This document shows, piece after piece, positions 44,986 to 60,000 of a stretch of DNA of 64,000 nucleotides. A model generated the notes under the pieces. It saw nothing but the letters and a program-made list of their open reading frames with translations. It did not search any database and was not told where the DNA came from. Origin of the DNA: Squalus acanthias. Its lineage: Eukaryota. A program made the position numbers and the translations under genes. Position 1 is the first letter of the stretch, and each line of letters begins with the position of its first letter. The DNA lies in NCBI GenBank assembly GCA_030390025.1, contig CM059430.1, positions 73,098,001-73,162,000 on the forward strand, given 5' to 3'.

Positions 44986-45957
44986 AACGTCTGCACACCT
45001 CGACCTTTATTATCCCGCTTAAAACCTGTCTATTTGACAAAGTGTTTCGCCTCCTCTCCTAATATTCCCTTTGTTTTAGCTGCGTGTCACTTTTTTTTGT
45101 TGACTACACTTATAGGAAACCCGTTTGGACGTTCCTTTGCGTTACAGGCCCTATATTAATGCTAATTTTGTTGAAGATCTTCACTTAATTATTCAAACAG
45201 GTCTGTAAAATCCGTGCCATTTGCACATTGTGCCTTGATAGTTTTTCACTCGGTCCAAATTTAAATCTTAACTTGGTAGCACTCAGTTATTAGATTCCAT
45301 ATTAAAACGTATATTCGTGTAATCTTATATTTTCTTTATGGAGATTTGCGAGCATCCTGCTCCTACAGTCCGTAAATTGCAGAACTTCAATACAGATTAC
45401 TTCAAAACCAAGTACTAGGTGAAGTGCGGTTTTTTTCTGCAATGCATTTGCATGACAACATATTCAAGCACAGATGTCAACCAGATACGACTTTAACACG
45501 CCTGCCAATGATACCCTTAATGAATTCATCCCTCCTTCTGATTCAAGGCACGAAGTGACCAGTTTTATCTCCGAGTGCCAAGTTTCAAATTGTTTTGCCT
45601 CAGCTCCGTGATTGGGAATTTTCTGATTGGTTTATCGGCAGGATTGCACCCTGAGATGCTAAAGCCGAGAATGTATGCAAGAAGATTAAAATAAGATTCC
45701 TTGTATCTTCTCATTTAAGTATACATACATGAGCAGAGGTAATAATAACAACAAACAGAACAAATGATTCAGTGACATGAGGAGACCTATGGAGTGAATT
45801 TTCGCGGAGTTTCTCTCGAAAGTCAGCTGGAGATTCAAGTAAGGAGCAGGTTGTGTGAGTCTCTTTGGGCTTTCCGCGAGAGAGAGATTCCTGAAGGGTT
45901 CTCCAGATCGTTTGCAGTAACTTCGACAGACGATAAATTTAGAGTACAGGTACAAGG

Positions 45958-46265
45958 ACAACACGGTGGCATAGTGGTTAGCACTGTTGCCTCACAGTGC
46001 CAGGGACCCGGGTTCAAATCTGGCCTCAAGCGACTGTTTGTGTGGAGTTTGCACATTCTCCCCGTGTCTCCGTGGGTTTCCACCAGGTGCTCCGGTTTCC
46101 TCCCACGGTCCAAAGATGTGCGGGCTAGGTTGATTTGGCTATGATAAGTTGACCCTTAGTGTTAGGGGGATTAAATATGTGGGGTTCCGGGGACAGGGTG
46201 GGATATGTATCGGTGCAGGCTCGATGGGCCGAAATGGCCTCTATCTGTACTGTGGGGATTCTGTG
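45958..46265 (+). mobile_element. HE1-type tRNA-derived V-SINE
   Basis: A box TGGCATAGTGG, B box GGTTCAAATC, V domain TGGAGTTTGCACATTCTCCCCGTGTC...GGTTTCCTCCCAC. Confidence 0.85.
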
Positions 46266-46644
46266 TGTACAGCATCTCTGCCATTTCTGCGGGGTTTCCC
46301 CTGAGATTCCAGATAAACCAGTAGAAACAAACCAAAGGGAAACACATCTTTGAAACTAAACAAGTCAAAAATATTAATGCAAAGGAATGAATAACACTGT
46401 ATTAATAGATACACAATACTTACCTTTGATGATGGAGAATGGAATCAGTATTCAAAGACAGATAATAGAAAACATTGATCAGCCAGGTTTGAAATCGAGG
46501 CAGAATCTCCCCATATTCCGCAGATCGAAAACAAGAAAATACTTTGAGTCAGTATCAATCGACAGGAAAAGTTAAAGAATATAACGAACATGTAACACTA
46601 AAATGATCATGAGCCCAACCGATTTTCTTTTTACGAAATTTTAC

Positions 46645-47568
46645 TTTTATTCGTTCCTAGGATGTGGCCGTCGCTGGCAAAGCCAGCATTTATTGCCCAT
46701 CCCTAATTGCTCTCGAGAAGCTGGTTGTGAGTCGTCTTCTTGAACCGCTGCAGTCCACGTGGTGAAAGTACTCCCACAGTGCTGTTGGGAGGGAGTTAAA
46801 AGATTTTGACCTAGCGATGATGAAGGAACGGCGATATATTTCAAGTCATGATGGTGTGTGACTTGGAGAGGAATTTGCAGGTGATGGTGTTCACTTGTGC
46901 CTGCTGCCCTTGTCCTTCTAGTTGGTAGAGGTCGTGACTTTGGGAGGTGCTGTCGAAGAATTGCTGCATTGCATGTTGTAGATGGTACACACTGCACCAA
47001 TGGTGGAAGTAGTGAATGTTTAAGGTGATGGCTGGTACGACAGTCAAGCGGGCTCCTTTGGCCTGGATGGTGTAGAGCCTATTCAGTGTTGTTGGAACAG
47101 CACTCAGCTAGGCAAGTGAAGACTATTCCATCACACTCCTGACTTGTGCCTTGTAGATGGTGGAAAGGCTTTGCGAAGTCAAGAGGTGAGACACTCGCTG
47201 CAGAATGCCCAGTCTCTGACCTGCTCTTCTAGCCAAAGTATTTATGTGGCCGGTCCAATTAAGTTTCTGGTCAGTGGTGAGCCCGAAGATGTTGATGGTG
47301 GGGAATTCAGCGATGTTAATGTCGTTGAATGTCAAGGGGCGGTGGTTGGACGCTCTCTGTTGGCGACAGTCATTGCCTGGCACTTGTGCAGCGCAAATGT
47401 TATTTGCCACTCATCAGCCCAAACCTGAATGTAGTCCAGGTTTTGCTGCATGTGGCCATAGACTGCTTCATTATCTGAGGAGTTGCGAATGGAACTGTAC
47501 ACTCTTGAATTATAAGCAACCATCCCCACTTCTGATCTTATGATGGAGGGACGTTCATTGATGAATGA
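46645..47568 (-). mobile_element. LINE family B 3' fragment
   Basis: Reverse complement of the 31722..33200 family. Confidence 0.85.
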
Positions 47569-47899
47569 TGAGCTTCAGCAGAGAGCTTGGAGACGGAGCT
47601 GGGTGAATGCAATCGAGTTGATCGCAAGCAAAATGGAAGAAAGTCCCTGTCGAAATAAGGTATGTTAGGTAAGTAATCATCGGATTGGAATTTAGCTTTG
47701 TCTTGAAACATAAATGAAACTGCCTGGTCAGTTGCAGTTTGCAGTTGAAAGCTATCAGCTGTATGTGGTTGATTGTATAGGCGGTAAAAGCTGTGAGCTT
47801 TCAACTGATTGAGCAGTTGTAACTTTTTTGACTCTCAAAAGGTATCTATTAGATACTAGTTTTCAAAAGCACAGAGCTTGAGCAAGAAGCTCGGAGACA

Positions 47900-50800
47900 G
47901 AGCTGGGTGAATGCAAACGCAGTGGATCACAAGCAGAGTGGAAGAATTGGTGAACATAGGAAATCGATGTAGCGGAGGAAGGCGGGTGAGCCGTCTTACT
48001 GAAAAGGAGGAGTGGAGCCACAGAAACGAAGGAGTCTAAGCTGATAGGACCAAGAGCGGTCATGTAGGAGAACGAGAGGAGCGAGAGGAGATAAAGATAG
48101 GCCCGAGAGCCTGGATGGAGTGGGAGCAACAGGGAGTGAGGCAAATAAAACCAAAAGTGACTTCAGCACAAGGTAAGGGGCTAATTGGTGAGTAGCTGGT
48201 GATTGTTTTTTTTAAAGTCTTGCGTTTATTTCTGTTAAGCCAGTTAACAGCCTATAAAATAGACGCATTGCATGGTATCTCAGTCCCGTGAAATGTACAT
48301 CTTGTGCCATGTGGGAAATCCAGGATGCTGCCTCTGTCCTGGACAACGACGTGTGCCGGAAGTGTCGTCAGCTTAAGAAGCTCAAGCTCCGGGATTCAAG
48401 AAGAAGGGTCCAAGAAGAGCAATTCCACGGCACCATGGGTGGCTCAGCTGTGCAGGGCAGGAGGAGGAAGATCGGGAAAGCAATAGGGAAAGCGGATTCG
48501 ATAGTTGGTGGAACAGACAGTCGTTTCTGCGCCTGCAGACGTGATTCCAGAATGGTATGTTGCCTCCGTGGTGCCACGGTCAAGGATGTCTGTGAGCTGC
48601 TGCCGAACATTCTGAGGGGGAAGGGTGAACTGCCAGAGGTCGTGGCTCATATCGGTACCAACAACATAGGCACAAAGAGGGATGAGGTCCTGCACGCAGT
48701 TTTTAGGGAGCTAGGAAAACGATTATTAAGAAGGAACTAAAAAGATAGTAATCTCTGGATTATTCCCGGTGCCACGAGCCAGTGAGTATAAAAGTAGGAG
48801 ATTAGAGCAGATGAATGCATGGCTGGAGAAATGGTACAGGAGGGAAGGCTTTAGATTCCTGAGACATTGGGACGGGTTCTGGGGGAGGTGGGACCTGTAC
48901 AGGCCGGTCGGGTTGCACCGTTACAGCGTTGAGACCAATATCCTCGCGGGGTGGGGGAGGCATTGCTCGTGATGTTGGGGAGGGTTTAAACTAATTTGGC
49001 AGGGGGCTGGGAACTAGGATGTAGCATTAGAAATCAGAAAAAGGGTGCACAACGGATTGGGAGAGATAAATAGCACAGGAGTATAACATAATACGGTATT
49101 ATGTGTAGTTAGGCTAAGAGAGAATACAAAAGTGTCTAAGATGGGTTTGCAGTGCATGTGTGTCAAAGCATGAGGCGTGGTAAATAATGTTGGTGAGCAG
49201 CAGGAACAAATAGACACATGGGAATATGATGTCGTGGCGATAACGGAGACCTGGCTCGAAAAAGGGTAGGATTGGGTACTAGATATTCCTGGTTATAAGG
49301 TGTTTAGTAAAGATAGGGAAGGAATGAAAGGAGGAGGGCTGGCAGTGTTGATTGAGGAGAACATTACAGTGCTGGAGAGAGAGAATGTCCTGGATGGTCC
49401 AAGGACAGAATCTACTTGTTTAGAGTTAACAAATAATAGAGGGGCCAATAAACTACTCGTTATATTCTATAGGCCACCAAGTATTGGGCAGGATACAGAG
49501 GAGCAAATGTGCAGGGAAATTACAGAGAGGTGCAAGAACTGTAGAGTAGTGATAATGGGGGACATCAACTATCCTAATATAGACTGGGATAGTAATAGTG
49601 TAAAGGGTAGACAGGGGGAAGAATTTCTGAAGAGTTTAAAGGAGAGCATTCTTGACCAGTACCTTTATGGCCCAACGAGGAAGGATGCATTGCTGGATCT
49701 AGTTCCGTGGAATGGATTGGGTCAAGTGGGGCAAGTGTCAGTAGGGGAACAATTAGGGAACAGTGATCACCGTGTCAGAAGGTTTAGATTAGCTAGGGAA
49801 AATGTCAGGGAGCAATCTAGAGTAAAAATAATTAATTGGAGGAAGGCAAATTTCAGTGAGTTGAGAATGGATCTGGCCCAGGTAAATTGGAATCAAAGAT
49901 TGAAAGTCAAAACTGAAATCGAACAATGGGCTGCCTTGAAAGAGCAGATGGTTCGGGTACATTCGAGGTACATTCCAACGAGGGGGGAAGGTAGGGCAAC
50001 CAAAGCCAAGTCTCCCTGCATGACGATAGAGATAGAGAGTAAGATGAAGCAGAAAACAGGGGATGTATGACAAATGTCAGGATGGAATACAAGTGAGAAC
50101 CAGACTGAATATACAAAGTTCAAAGTGGAAGTGGAAAAGGAAATATGCGGGGCAAAGAGAGAATATGAAAATAGTTTGGCAGCTAACATAAAACGGAATC
50201 TCAAAGTCTTCTATAGATATATAAATAGTAAATGGGTAGTAAGAGGAGGGGTGGGGCCGATACTGGACCAAAAAAGAGACCTACACATGGAGGCAGAGGG
50301 CGTGGCTAATGGAATAAATGAGTACTTTGCATCTGTCTTCATCAAGGAATAAGATGCTGCCAAATTCACAGTGAAAGAGGAGGTAGTTGAGATACTTAAT
50401 GGGATAAAACTTGATAAAGAGGAGGTACAAGAAAGGCTGGCTGTACTTAAAGTAGTTCAGTCACCAGGACCAGATGGGATGTCTCCTAGGATGCTAAGGG
50501 ATGTAAAGGTGGAAATCGTGGAGGTATTGGCCACAATCTTCCAATCGTTCTGAGATACGGGTGTGGTGCCAAAGGATCGGACAATTGCAAATGTTGCACC
50601 CTTGTTCAAAAAAGGGTATAAGGTTGCACCCAGCAATTACAGGCCAGTCAGTTTACCTTCGGTAGTGAGGAAGCTTATATAAACGATAATCCGGGATAAA
50701 ATTAACAGTCACTTGGACAAGTATGGATTAACTAAGGAAAGCCAGCACGGATTTGTTAAAAGGAATCGTGTTTAACTAACTTGATTGAGTTTATTTGCAG

Positions 50801-50910
50801 GGCTAGGGGGAAAGAGCGGGGGAGTGACACTAGCTGAAGTGCTCTTGCTGGCACGGATTCTTCGGGCCAATGGACTCCTTATGTGTTGTAACCATTATAT
50901 GATTCTATAA
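47900..50910 (+). mobile_element. CR1 LINE with ORF1 (CxxC zinc finger, SGNH esterase) and endonuclease, decayed
   Basis: ORFs 48288..48740 (CTSC...CRKC, HIGTNN) and 49300..50070 (YRPP, MGDIN, SDH). Confidence 0.88.
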
Positions 50911-52658
50911 TTCTATGAGGCAGCTAAAGATGGATGAGCCTAGCGCTCTGCCCTGATGAACTGCTGCAGCGATGTCCAGGGGCTGAAATGATTGTCATCC
51001 AACAACCCCAACTATCTTCCTTTGGTCTAGGTATGACTCCAGCCAGTGGAGAGTTTTCCCCCTGATTTCCATTGACATTTATTTTACTAGGTGACCTGTA
51101 TGCCACACCACAAATCCCATGAGCCCTAATTTTGTTTACTAACCTCTTGTGTGGCAGGTTATCGAATGCCTTCTGAAAATCTATATACATCACATCCACT
51201 GGTTCCCCCTTATCTATTCTGGTAGTTACAACCTCAAACAACTCTAACAGATTTGTCAAACACGATTTCCCTTTCATTAATCTGGTTTGACTTTGCCCAA
51301 TCCTTTATTATTATTATTATTTTATGTGCCCTGTTACCATATCCTTTATAACAGATTCTAGCATTTTTCCTACTACTGATGACAGGCTAACTGGTCTGTA
51401 GTTACCGTTTTGTCTCTCCATCCTTTATTAAATAGTGGGGTTATATTTGCTACCTTCCAATCCGCGGGAACCAATCTACAATCTATGGAATTTTGGAAAA
51501 TGACAACAAATGCAGCCGCTATCTCTGTAGCCAACTTATTCAAAACCCTAGGATGTAGGCTTTCAAATCCAGGGGATTTATTGGCTTGCACTCCCATTAA
51601 TTCCTCTAGTACTACTGTTTTACTAATACTAATATCTCACAATTCCTCGTTCTCGCTAGACCCTTGATTCTCCTCTATTTCTGGGAAGGTTTTTGCGTCT
51701 TCTTCCGTGAAGAAAGACACAAAGTATTTGTTTAATTTCGCTGCCATTTCCTTATTCCCCATTATAATTTCTCACGTCTCTGCCTGTAAGGGACTCGCAT
51801 TTACTTTCGATAATCTTTTCCTTTTTACATACCTGTAGAAACATTTACAATCTGTTTGATATGCCTATCGCTAGTTTACTCTCATATTCTATTTCCTCTT
51901 TCTTGAACAATTTATTGCTTTTCCTTTGCTGAATTCTAAAAGCATCCCAATTCTCAGGCTTACTACTCTTTTTGGCAACATTATGAGCCTCTTCCTTTGA
52001 TCTAATACTATCTTTAACTTCTCTTGTTAGTCACGGTTCGACCTCTTTTCCTGTGGGCATTTTCTTGCCTTAAAGGAATGTATATTTGGTGTAAATGTTG
52101 CATTAATTCTTTAAATGCTAACCATTGGTTGTCTACCGTCATACATGTTAATGTAGTTTCTCAATCTACCTTAGCCAACACGCCCCTCATACCTAGGTAG
52201 TTTGCTTTGCTTAGATGAAAGATCTTAGTTTCGGATTTAACTAAATCACATTCAAGCTCAATATTGAATTCTTTCATATTATGGTCACTCTTCCCTCAAG
52301 GCCCCTTCACTACAAGACTATAAATTAACCATTTCTCATTGCACAATGCTAGATCTAATATAGCCTGTAGCCCAGTTGGTTCCTCAACATACTGATCTAA
52401 AAACTGTCCTGCATGCATTCCATGAATTCGTCCTCCACACTATTACTGCAAATTTGGTTTTCCCAGTCTAAAGGTAGATTAATGTCCCCCATGATTACTG
52501 TATTACCCGTGTTAAATGCGCCTCTAATTTCCTGATTTATACTCTGCCCTACATTGTAACTAATGTTTGGGGGCCTATAAACAACTCCCACCAATGTTTT
52601 TTGCTCGTCACTCTTTCTTAGCTCGATCCTAACTGCTTCTACTTGATTTTCTGAGCTA

Positions 52659-53841
52659 ATGTCCAGAGAAATTAAACATCGATGGTTCCCGCGGGGGTAA
52701 GGATTCCCCGCGATATCGCACTCCGCGCCTCCCTTTTTTTCGGGGCCCACACGAACTTCAGTTTAAGGGACTCTCCCTGTTGCAACCGTGCAGTGCTTGC
52801 GTGTCCCTGAGGAGCAATTAGTTCGTGCGAGCTCTGGGACACGTGATACAGTTAGAGCCAATGGCAGCACACCATCTTTCATTCATACATTTGACAGCAA
52901 TGCTGTCAAAGCTAAGAATACTACAAGCCCCCAAAAGAACAGCTAAACCTCAATTAAATTTTAAAAAAGCCATCACATTAATAAAATAACTATAGTTAAA
53001 TAAATTAACCACTTTAAAGAAAAAACTAAATTTTTGAAAAAAGTTAAAATCTTTTTAAAAGTTATAAAAATAAACTTACCTTTCTTTAAAGCCTCTAAAA
53101 AAGATAAACCTGTTGACATTTTTTTAAAATAACACTTAATTAACTACTTACCTTGTAAAAAGTGGGTCCTACGCCTGCTTTCTTTATGTGTAAAATCTTC
53201 AACACTTACCTGCGCGTTCAAACCTGAAAAAAAACCTAAGTGCACTGTGTGCGCACAACCTGTAGTGCGCATGCGGTTCACTTAGGAACCGCCCCCTTTG
53301 CAATACACGAAGTGCCGGTTTCCCGCGCAACACGGTGGCATAGTGGTTAGCACTGGTGCCTCACAGCGCCAGAGACCCGGGTTCGAATCTGACCTCGGGT
53401 AACTGTCTGTGTGGAGTTTGCACATTCTCCCCGTGTCTGCGTGGGTTTCCTCCGGGTGCTCCGGTTTCCTCCCACAGTCCAAAAATGTGTGGGTTAGGTT
53501 GATTTGGCTATGATAAATTGACCCTTAGTGTTAGGGGGGATTAAATATGTGGGGTTATGGGGATAGGATGGGATATGTTAGGGGGAATTAAATATGTGGG
53601 GTTACGGGGGTAGGGTGGGATATGTGTACTGTGGGGATTAAAGCAGGGACAGGGTACTGGATTTGGATGATCAGCCATGATCGTATTGAATGGCGGAGCA
53701 GGCTCGACGGGCCGAATGGCCTACTCCTGCTCCTAGATTCTATGTTTCTATGTTTCTATGCAGGAAACCGGCAATTCGGGACCTAATACGCGAGAGTACA
53801 CAATGCGTACTCTCGCGTATTCGGTCTAATTTTCGGGCCAT
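52659..53841. mobile_element. TA-flanked MITE (same family as 16559..17318) containing an HE1 SINE
   Basis: TA|ATGTCCAGAGAAATT ... AATTTTCGGGCCAT|TA; the body is the reverse complement of the 16.6-17.3 kb copy. Confidence 0.8.
53327..53760 (+). mobile_element. Full-length HE1-type V-SINE with CR1(HER1)-derived 3' tail
   Basis: A box TGGCATAGTGG, B box GGTTCGAATC, V domain, tail GATCAGCCATGATC...GGCCTACTCCTGCTCC and (TTCTATGT)n. Confidence 0.92.
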
Positions 53842-54880
53842 TATCCTTTCTATCTAATGTCTTTATTCCATAGTTTATTATCAGGACTTTCCGTCCTCCT
53901 TTTCCATCCTGCCTATCCCTTCTAAAAGATAAGTATCCTGGAATATTTAGTTCCCAACCCTGGGCACTTTGCAACCACATCTCCATTATGGCTATTAGAT
54001 CCAGAGTCAATGTTGAGAACTCCCAGGGCCACTCCCTCCCGAATGTGTAACACTGTGCCGCCACCTCTGCTAGGTCTATCCCGCCGATGGGACAGGACAT
54101 ACCCAGGGATGATGATGGAGCAGTCCGGGACATTGGCTGAAGTTATGATCCAGTGAGCATGGCTATCATCCTGTTACTTAACTAATCTGTGAGACAACTC
54201 TCCCGATTCTGGCACAAGTCCCCAGATGATAGTGAGTGGGACTTTGCAGCGTCGACTGGGCAGGTTGTGCGTTTGTCGTGTCCGAAGCCAGTGCAGAGGA
54301 CGCTGCCCAGCCGTACTTCCGTTTTTACTCTCATTATTGTTTCTTTTAGCGGTTTGTTGCAACTCAGTAGCTTCCTGGTTTTTTCAGAGGGCAGTTGAGA
54401 GTGAATCGCAGTGTTGTGTATCTGGAGTCCCATATAGAGCAGACCAGGTAAGGACGACTGATTTCCTTCCCTGAAGTTCATTAGTAAAACAGATGGGTTT
54501 TTACGACAATCAGGTGGTTTCCTGATCATTACTGATACTAGCTTTTTATTTAATTAACTGAATTTAAACATCACATATTAAACATCACAATGTGAACTCA
54601 CGTCTGCGGATTATTCGTCCTGGTTTCTGATTAGAAGCCCAGTAACATAAACACTACGCTACCGTTCCCTTTTAATTTAATATAAAAATGTCGCAACTGG
54701 GATTACTGATGCATTGGAGCGTGTTTTTAAATTTGGAGTACTCATTGTAATACAAGTTGATTGAATTCATAAGTATTGATTATAAGAACAAAAGATGACA
54801 ACATTAATTGAAACAAATAAAAAAGCGTAAAATGAGCAGTATTCCTTTCAATAACTCTACTCCTAAAAAATTATGATTTC

Positions 54881-55662
54881 AGAACATAAGAACATAAGAA
54901 ATAGGAGCAGGAGTAGGCCAATCGGCCCCTCGAGCCTGCTCCGCCATTCAATAAGATCATGGCTGATCTGATCCTAACCGCCAATCTACTATCTATCACA
55001 GAACCATCTCCTGCATCTAACAGAATTGCACACACGAAATAAGAGAAGAATCAGGCTACACGGTCACTGGGCCCGCTCCACTACCCACAGGGCCATGACC
55101 GATCCGAACCTAGACTCATGTCCAAATTCCTGCCCGCTCCCCGTAACCCTTAATGCCCTTTACTTCTAGGAAACTGTCTATTTCTGTTATAAATTTATTT
55201 AATGATGTAGCTTCTACAGCTTTTTGTGGCAGCATATTCCATGGACCTACCACCCTCTGAGTGAAGTAGTTCCTCCTCATCTCAGTTTTGAAAGAGCAGC
55301 CCCTTATTCTAAGACTATGTCCCCTAGTTCTAGTCTCACCCGTCATCGGGAACATCCTCTCCGCATCCACCCGATCCAACCCCTTCACAATGTTACATGT
55401 TTCAATAAGATCGCCTCTCATTCTTCTGAACTCCAATGAGTAGAGTCCCAATCTACCCAACCTCTCCTCATATGACCACCCCCTCATCCCCGGGATTAAC
55501 CGAGTGAACCTTTTTTGCACTGCCTCGAGAGCAAGGATGTCTTTCCTTAAGTAAGGACACCAAAACTGTATGCAGTATTCCAGGTGTGGTCTCACCAATA
55601 CCTTGTACAACTGAAGCAATACCTCCCTATTTTTATATTCTATCCCCCTAGCAATGAAAGCC
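54881..55662 (-). mobile_element. Young CR1 (HER1-type) 3' fragment
   Basis: ORF 55116..55619 is intact and nearly identical to the C-terminus of ORF 58874..59863. Confidence 0.92.
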
Positions 55663-57003
55663 AGGAAGACCTGTCAAATATATGAATGCAGATCAATGAA
55701 AAAACATAGTAAAACTTTTTACCAGGCTTAACAATTGTAAGGGTTTTCTGCGGGCGGAGGGTCTTAAAATGCGAACTCTCCGCCCGCAGAGGTCCGTCCC
55801 CAGGGCAGCCGGAGGATCTGTCAATACCATTCTTGGCAGATCGGAAATTCCGGTTTTCAGCGCATGCGCTGTGCATGCCTGAAACCGGCATTTCCGATGT
55901 CACTACAGGTGGTTACACAGCGCGCACCCACCCGTAGGGATCGGAATATCCGGGCCATTATCTCTAAAGAAGATTATCGCATCAGTATGTCATTGCTGTT
56001 CCCGGGAACTTGCTTTGTGTGAAATGGTTACCGTGTTTCCTACAGTACAACAGTGATTTTATGCCAGAAAAACTTCATTTGCTGTGAAGCGCTTCAGCAC
56101 CTTCTGGGTTGTGACAAGTACGAGATAAGTTAAAGTTATTTCTTTCTTGCTATATCGTCCAATAAAGCAAAGGAACAGCAGAGGAAAATATAATGCTGTG
56201 ATGCAGCCAATAACTGAATACATCTACCGTCACACGCATGAGAAGGTCATATTTTGATCGTGCAAATATCGAATTTGTATAAATTGTCCTATAACGTTCA
56301 GAATAGTGTTGGCAGAAGGATTTAGAATGATGACATCTTCCTCGCTTTAAATTTAACTGCTGCGATGTGCATCACAATACATCAATATTACTTGAATGAC
56401 ATATATTATTATAAGTCTATGATATTAAGCAATACTTTATTTACTACGACTAAATAAAGCACTTCTTGCCGACCATGGGTTATTTCTTAGATGTTTCTTA
56501 TTGTTCAGAACAAAAATTGGATTAGATTTGGTTTTGGTGCAGAGGAAGCGCATTTCATCACGTGTGCTGTGGGCACACATGTGCATCTGAATTAAAGGTG
56601 GTGCAATTTGTTAATTTCTGTCCAGTGCAGAATCATTAGACTCATTCTGTCCAGCTTTACTCTGATAATTATCTAAACAGGTGCTGGTTTTGCGTAATCA
56701 CAAATTGAACCATCTTGTTGGAGCTGATCAAGCAATTTCTCAGGAAGGAGTTAATCTATGCGATCAAAACCTTTGTCTGCTATTTTGCTGCAGTTGCTTG
56801 TTTGGCAGGATGACTCGCGTCCGAAAATGCCATTTCAAATGATTGGAGCTATCAGGGTTAACAGAATACATCAAGGACTCGGTTTCCTTGGAGAGCCGCC
56901 TAAGAAATAAAGTGGCTGGGTTTCGCCTGTTATTTGTTCGTCAGGAATTTGTTCAGAGAAAGTATTTTGGTTTTCAAGAGAGGAGTAGACCCTTTACAAA
57001 AGA

Positions 57004-60000
57004 AGATAAGAAAGAACATAAGAAACAGGAGCAGGAGTAGGCCAATCGGCCCCCCGAGCCTGTGTTGCCATTCAATAAGATCATGGCTGATACAATCTTG
57101 ACCTCAACACCACTGTCCCGTTCACTCCCCATACACCTTGAATCCCTTGTAGTTCAAATGTCTGTCTATCTCCGCCTTGAATATATTCAATGACTCTGCC
57201 TCCGCAGCTCTCTGAGGTAGAGAATTCCCCAAATTCACGAGCATCTCAGAGAATAAATTCCTACTCATCTCCGTCTTAAATAAGCGATCCCTTATTCTGA
57301 AACTATGCCCCCTAGCTCTTGTTAACTCCAGTAGGGGAAACATTCTCTCAGCATCAGCCTGTCAATCCCCCTCAGAATCTTATATGTTTCAATAACATCA
57401 CCTGTAATTCTTTTAAACTCCAATGAGTATAGGCACAACCTGCTCAAACGTTCGTCATACATCAACCCATGCATCCCACGAATCAACCTAGTGAACCTTC
57501 TCTGCACTGCCTCCAATATATGTATATCCTTCCTCAAATATGGAGAACAAAACTGTACGCAATACCCAAGGTGCGGTCTCACGAGCGCCCTGTAAAGTTG
57601 CATCAAAACCTCCCTACTTTTATACTCCATACCCTTTGCAATAAAGGCCAACATTCCATTAACCTTCCTAATTACTTGCTCTACCTGCATGCTAAATTTT
57701 GTGTTTCATGTACTAGTACACCCAGATCCCTTTGTACCGCAGCATTTTGTAGCCTCACTCCAATTAAATAATAATTTGCTTTTTCATTCTTCCTTCCAAA
57801 GTGAATAACCTCACATTTCCCTCATTATACTCCATCTGCCAAATTTTTGCCCACTCACCTAACCTATCTATATCCCTTTGCAGACTCTCTGTGTCCTCCT
57901 CACAACTTGCTAACCCAGCTATCTTTGTACCATCAGCAAATTTGGCTACAGTACACTCGGTCCCGTCATCCAAGTCATTAATATAGATTGTAAATAGTTA
58001 AGCCCCCAGCACTGATACCTGTGGCACCCTACTAGTAACTGATTGCCAACCGGAAAATGATCCATTTATCCCGAATCTCTGTTTTCTGTTAGTTAGCCAA
58101 TCCCCTATTCATGCCATTATATTACCCCCAACCCGTGCGCTCTTATCTTGTGCAGTAACCTTTTATATGGCATCCTATCGAATGCCTTCTGGAAATCCAA
58201 ATACAGGACATCTACTGGTTCCACTTTATCCACCCTGCTCGTTATATCCTGAAAGAACTGGGGCAAATTTGTCAAACACGATTTCCCTTTCATAAAAACA
58301 TGTTGACTCTGCTTGATTGTCTTATAATTTTCTAAACGTCCTGCTATTACCTCCTTCATAATTGATTCCCGCATTTTCCCAATGACAGATGTTAGGCAAA
58401 CTTGCATATAGTTCCCTGCATTCTGTCTCCCTCCTTTATTGAATAGTGGCGTTACATTTGCAGTTTTCCGATCCGCTGGCAGCTCTCCAGAATTCAGGGA
58501 ATTTTGGAAGATTACAACCAACGCATACAATATCTCTGAAGCGACTTCTTTTAATACACTAGGATGCAGGCCATCAGGTCCAGGGGACTTGTCGGCCTTT
58601 AACCCCATAAGTTTGCCTGGTCCTGTTTCTCTAGTGATAGAACATAAGAACATAAGAAATAGGAGCAGGAGTAGGCCAATCGGCCCCTCGAGCCTGCTCC
58701 GCCATTAAATAAGATCATGGCTGATCTGATCCTAACCGCCAATCTACTATCTATCACAGAACCATCTCCTGCATCTAACAGAATTGCACACACGAAATAG
58801 GAGCAGAATCAGGCTACACAGTCCCTGGGCCCGCTCCACTACCCACAGGGCCATGACCGATCCGAACCTAGACTCATGTCCAAATTCCTGCCCGCTCCCC
58901 GTAACCCTTAATGCCCTTTACTTCTAGGAAACTGTCTATTTCTGTTTTAAATTTAATTAATGTTGTAGCTTCTACAGCTTTTTGTGGCAGCATATTCCAT
59001 GGACCTACCACCCTCTGAGTGAAGTAGTTCCTCCTCATCTCAGTTTTGAAAGAGCAGCCCCTTATTCTAAGACTATGTCCCCTAGTTCTTGTCTCACCCG
59101 TCATCGGGAACATCCTCCCCGCATCCACCCGATCCAACCCCTTCACAATCTTATATGTTTCAATAAGATCGCCTCTCATTCTTCTGAACTCCAATGAGTA
59201 GAGTCCCAATCTACCCAACCTCTCCTCATATGACCACCCCCTCATCCCCGGGATTAACCGAGTGAACCTTTTTTGCACTGCCTCGAGAGCAAGGATGTCT
59301 TTCCTTAAGTAAGGACACCAAAACTGTATGCAGTATTCCAGGTGCGGTCTCACCAATACCTTGTACAACTGAAGCAATACCTCCCTATTTTTATATTCTA
59401 TCCCCCTAGCAATGAAAGCCAACATTCCATTTGCCTTCATAATCACTTGCTGCACCTGCATACTAACCTTTTGAGTTTCGTGCACCAGGACCCCCAGATC
59501 CCTTTGCACTTCAGTACTCTCCAGTTTCTTGCCATTAAGATAATAAATTGCTCTAGGATTTTTCCTGCCAAAGTGCATCACCTCACACTTTCCAGTGTTG
59601 TATTCCATCTGCCAAATCTCTGCCCACTTACTTAGCCTGTCTATGTCCCCTTGCAGGTTTTTTATGTCCTCCTCACTCACTACTTTCCCTCCCATCTTTG
59701 TATCATCTGCAAATTTTGATATGTTTATAGAGATTGTTTTAAATTCCTCCCTCCCTATAGCCCCTCGATTATCTATAATTTTTAGGATGTTTTTAGTTTC
59801 TACTACCGTGAAGACCGATCCAAAGTAATTGTTTAGAGTCTCTGCCATTTCTCTATTTCCCATTATTAATTCCCCAGTCTCATCCTCAAAGGGACCAACG
59901 TTTACTTTAGCTTCTCTCTTCCTTGTTTTATACCTGTAGAAGCTCTTACTCTCTGTTTTTATATTATTAGCCAGTTTACTCTCATACTGTATCTTCTCCC

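Larger units (their letters stand above)
51105..54003 (-). mobile_element. Decayed CR1 ORF2 interrupted by a MITE and a SINE
   Basis: GKSCLTNLLE, DFQKAFD, VVYRPP and IMGDIN motifs. Confidence 0.8.

Noticed and set aside
47570-47950. About 70-bp direct repeat (GGAGAC(G/A)GAGCTGGGTGAATGCAA) 300 bp apart
   Set aside because: Sits at the 5' UTR of the adjacent CR1, so most likely element-derived. No other functional signal.
53327-53400. tRNA-like A/B boxes (also about 45958)
   Set aside because: Heads of HE1-type SINEs that continue into the V domain and LINE tail; not tRNA genes.
58874-59863. 329-aa ORF that looks like an intact RT gene
   Set aside because: Chance in-frame chimera of an older CR1 segment and a young CR1 3' insertion (junction at about 59725). 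It lacks the N-terminal RT motifs.
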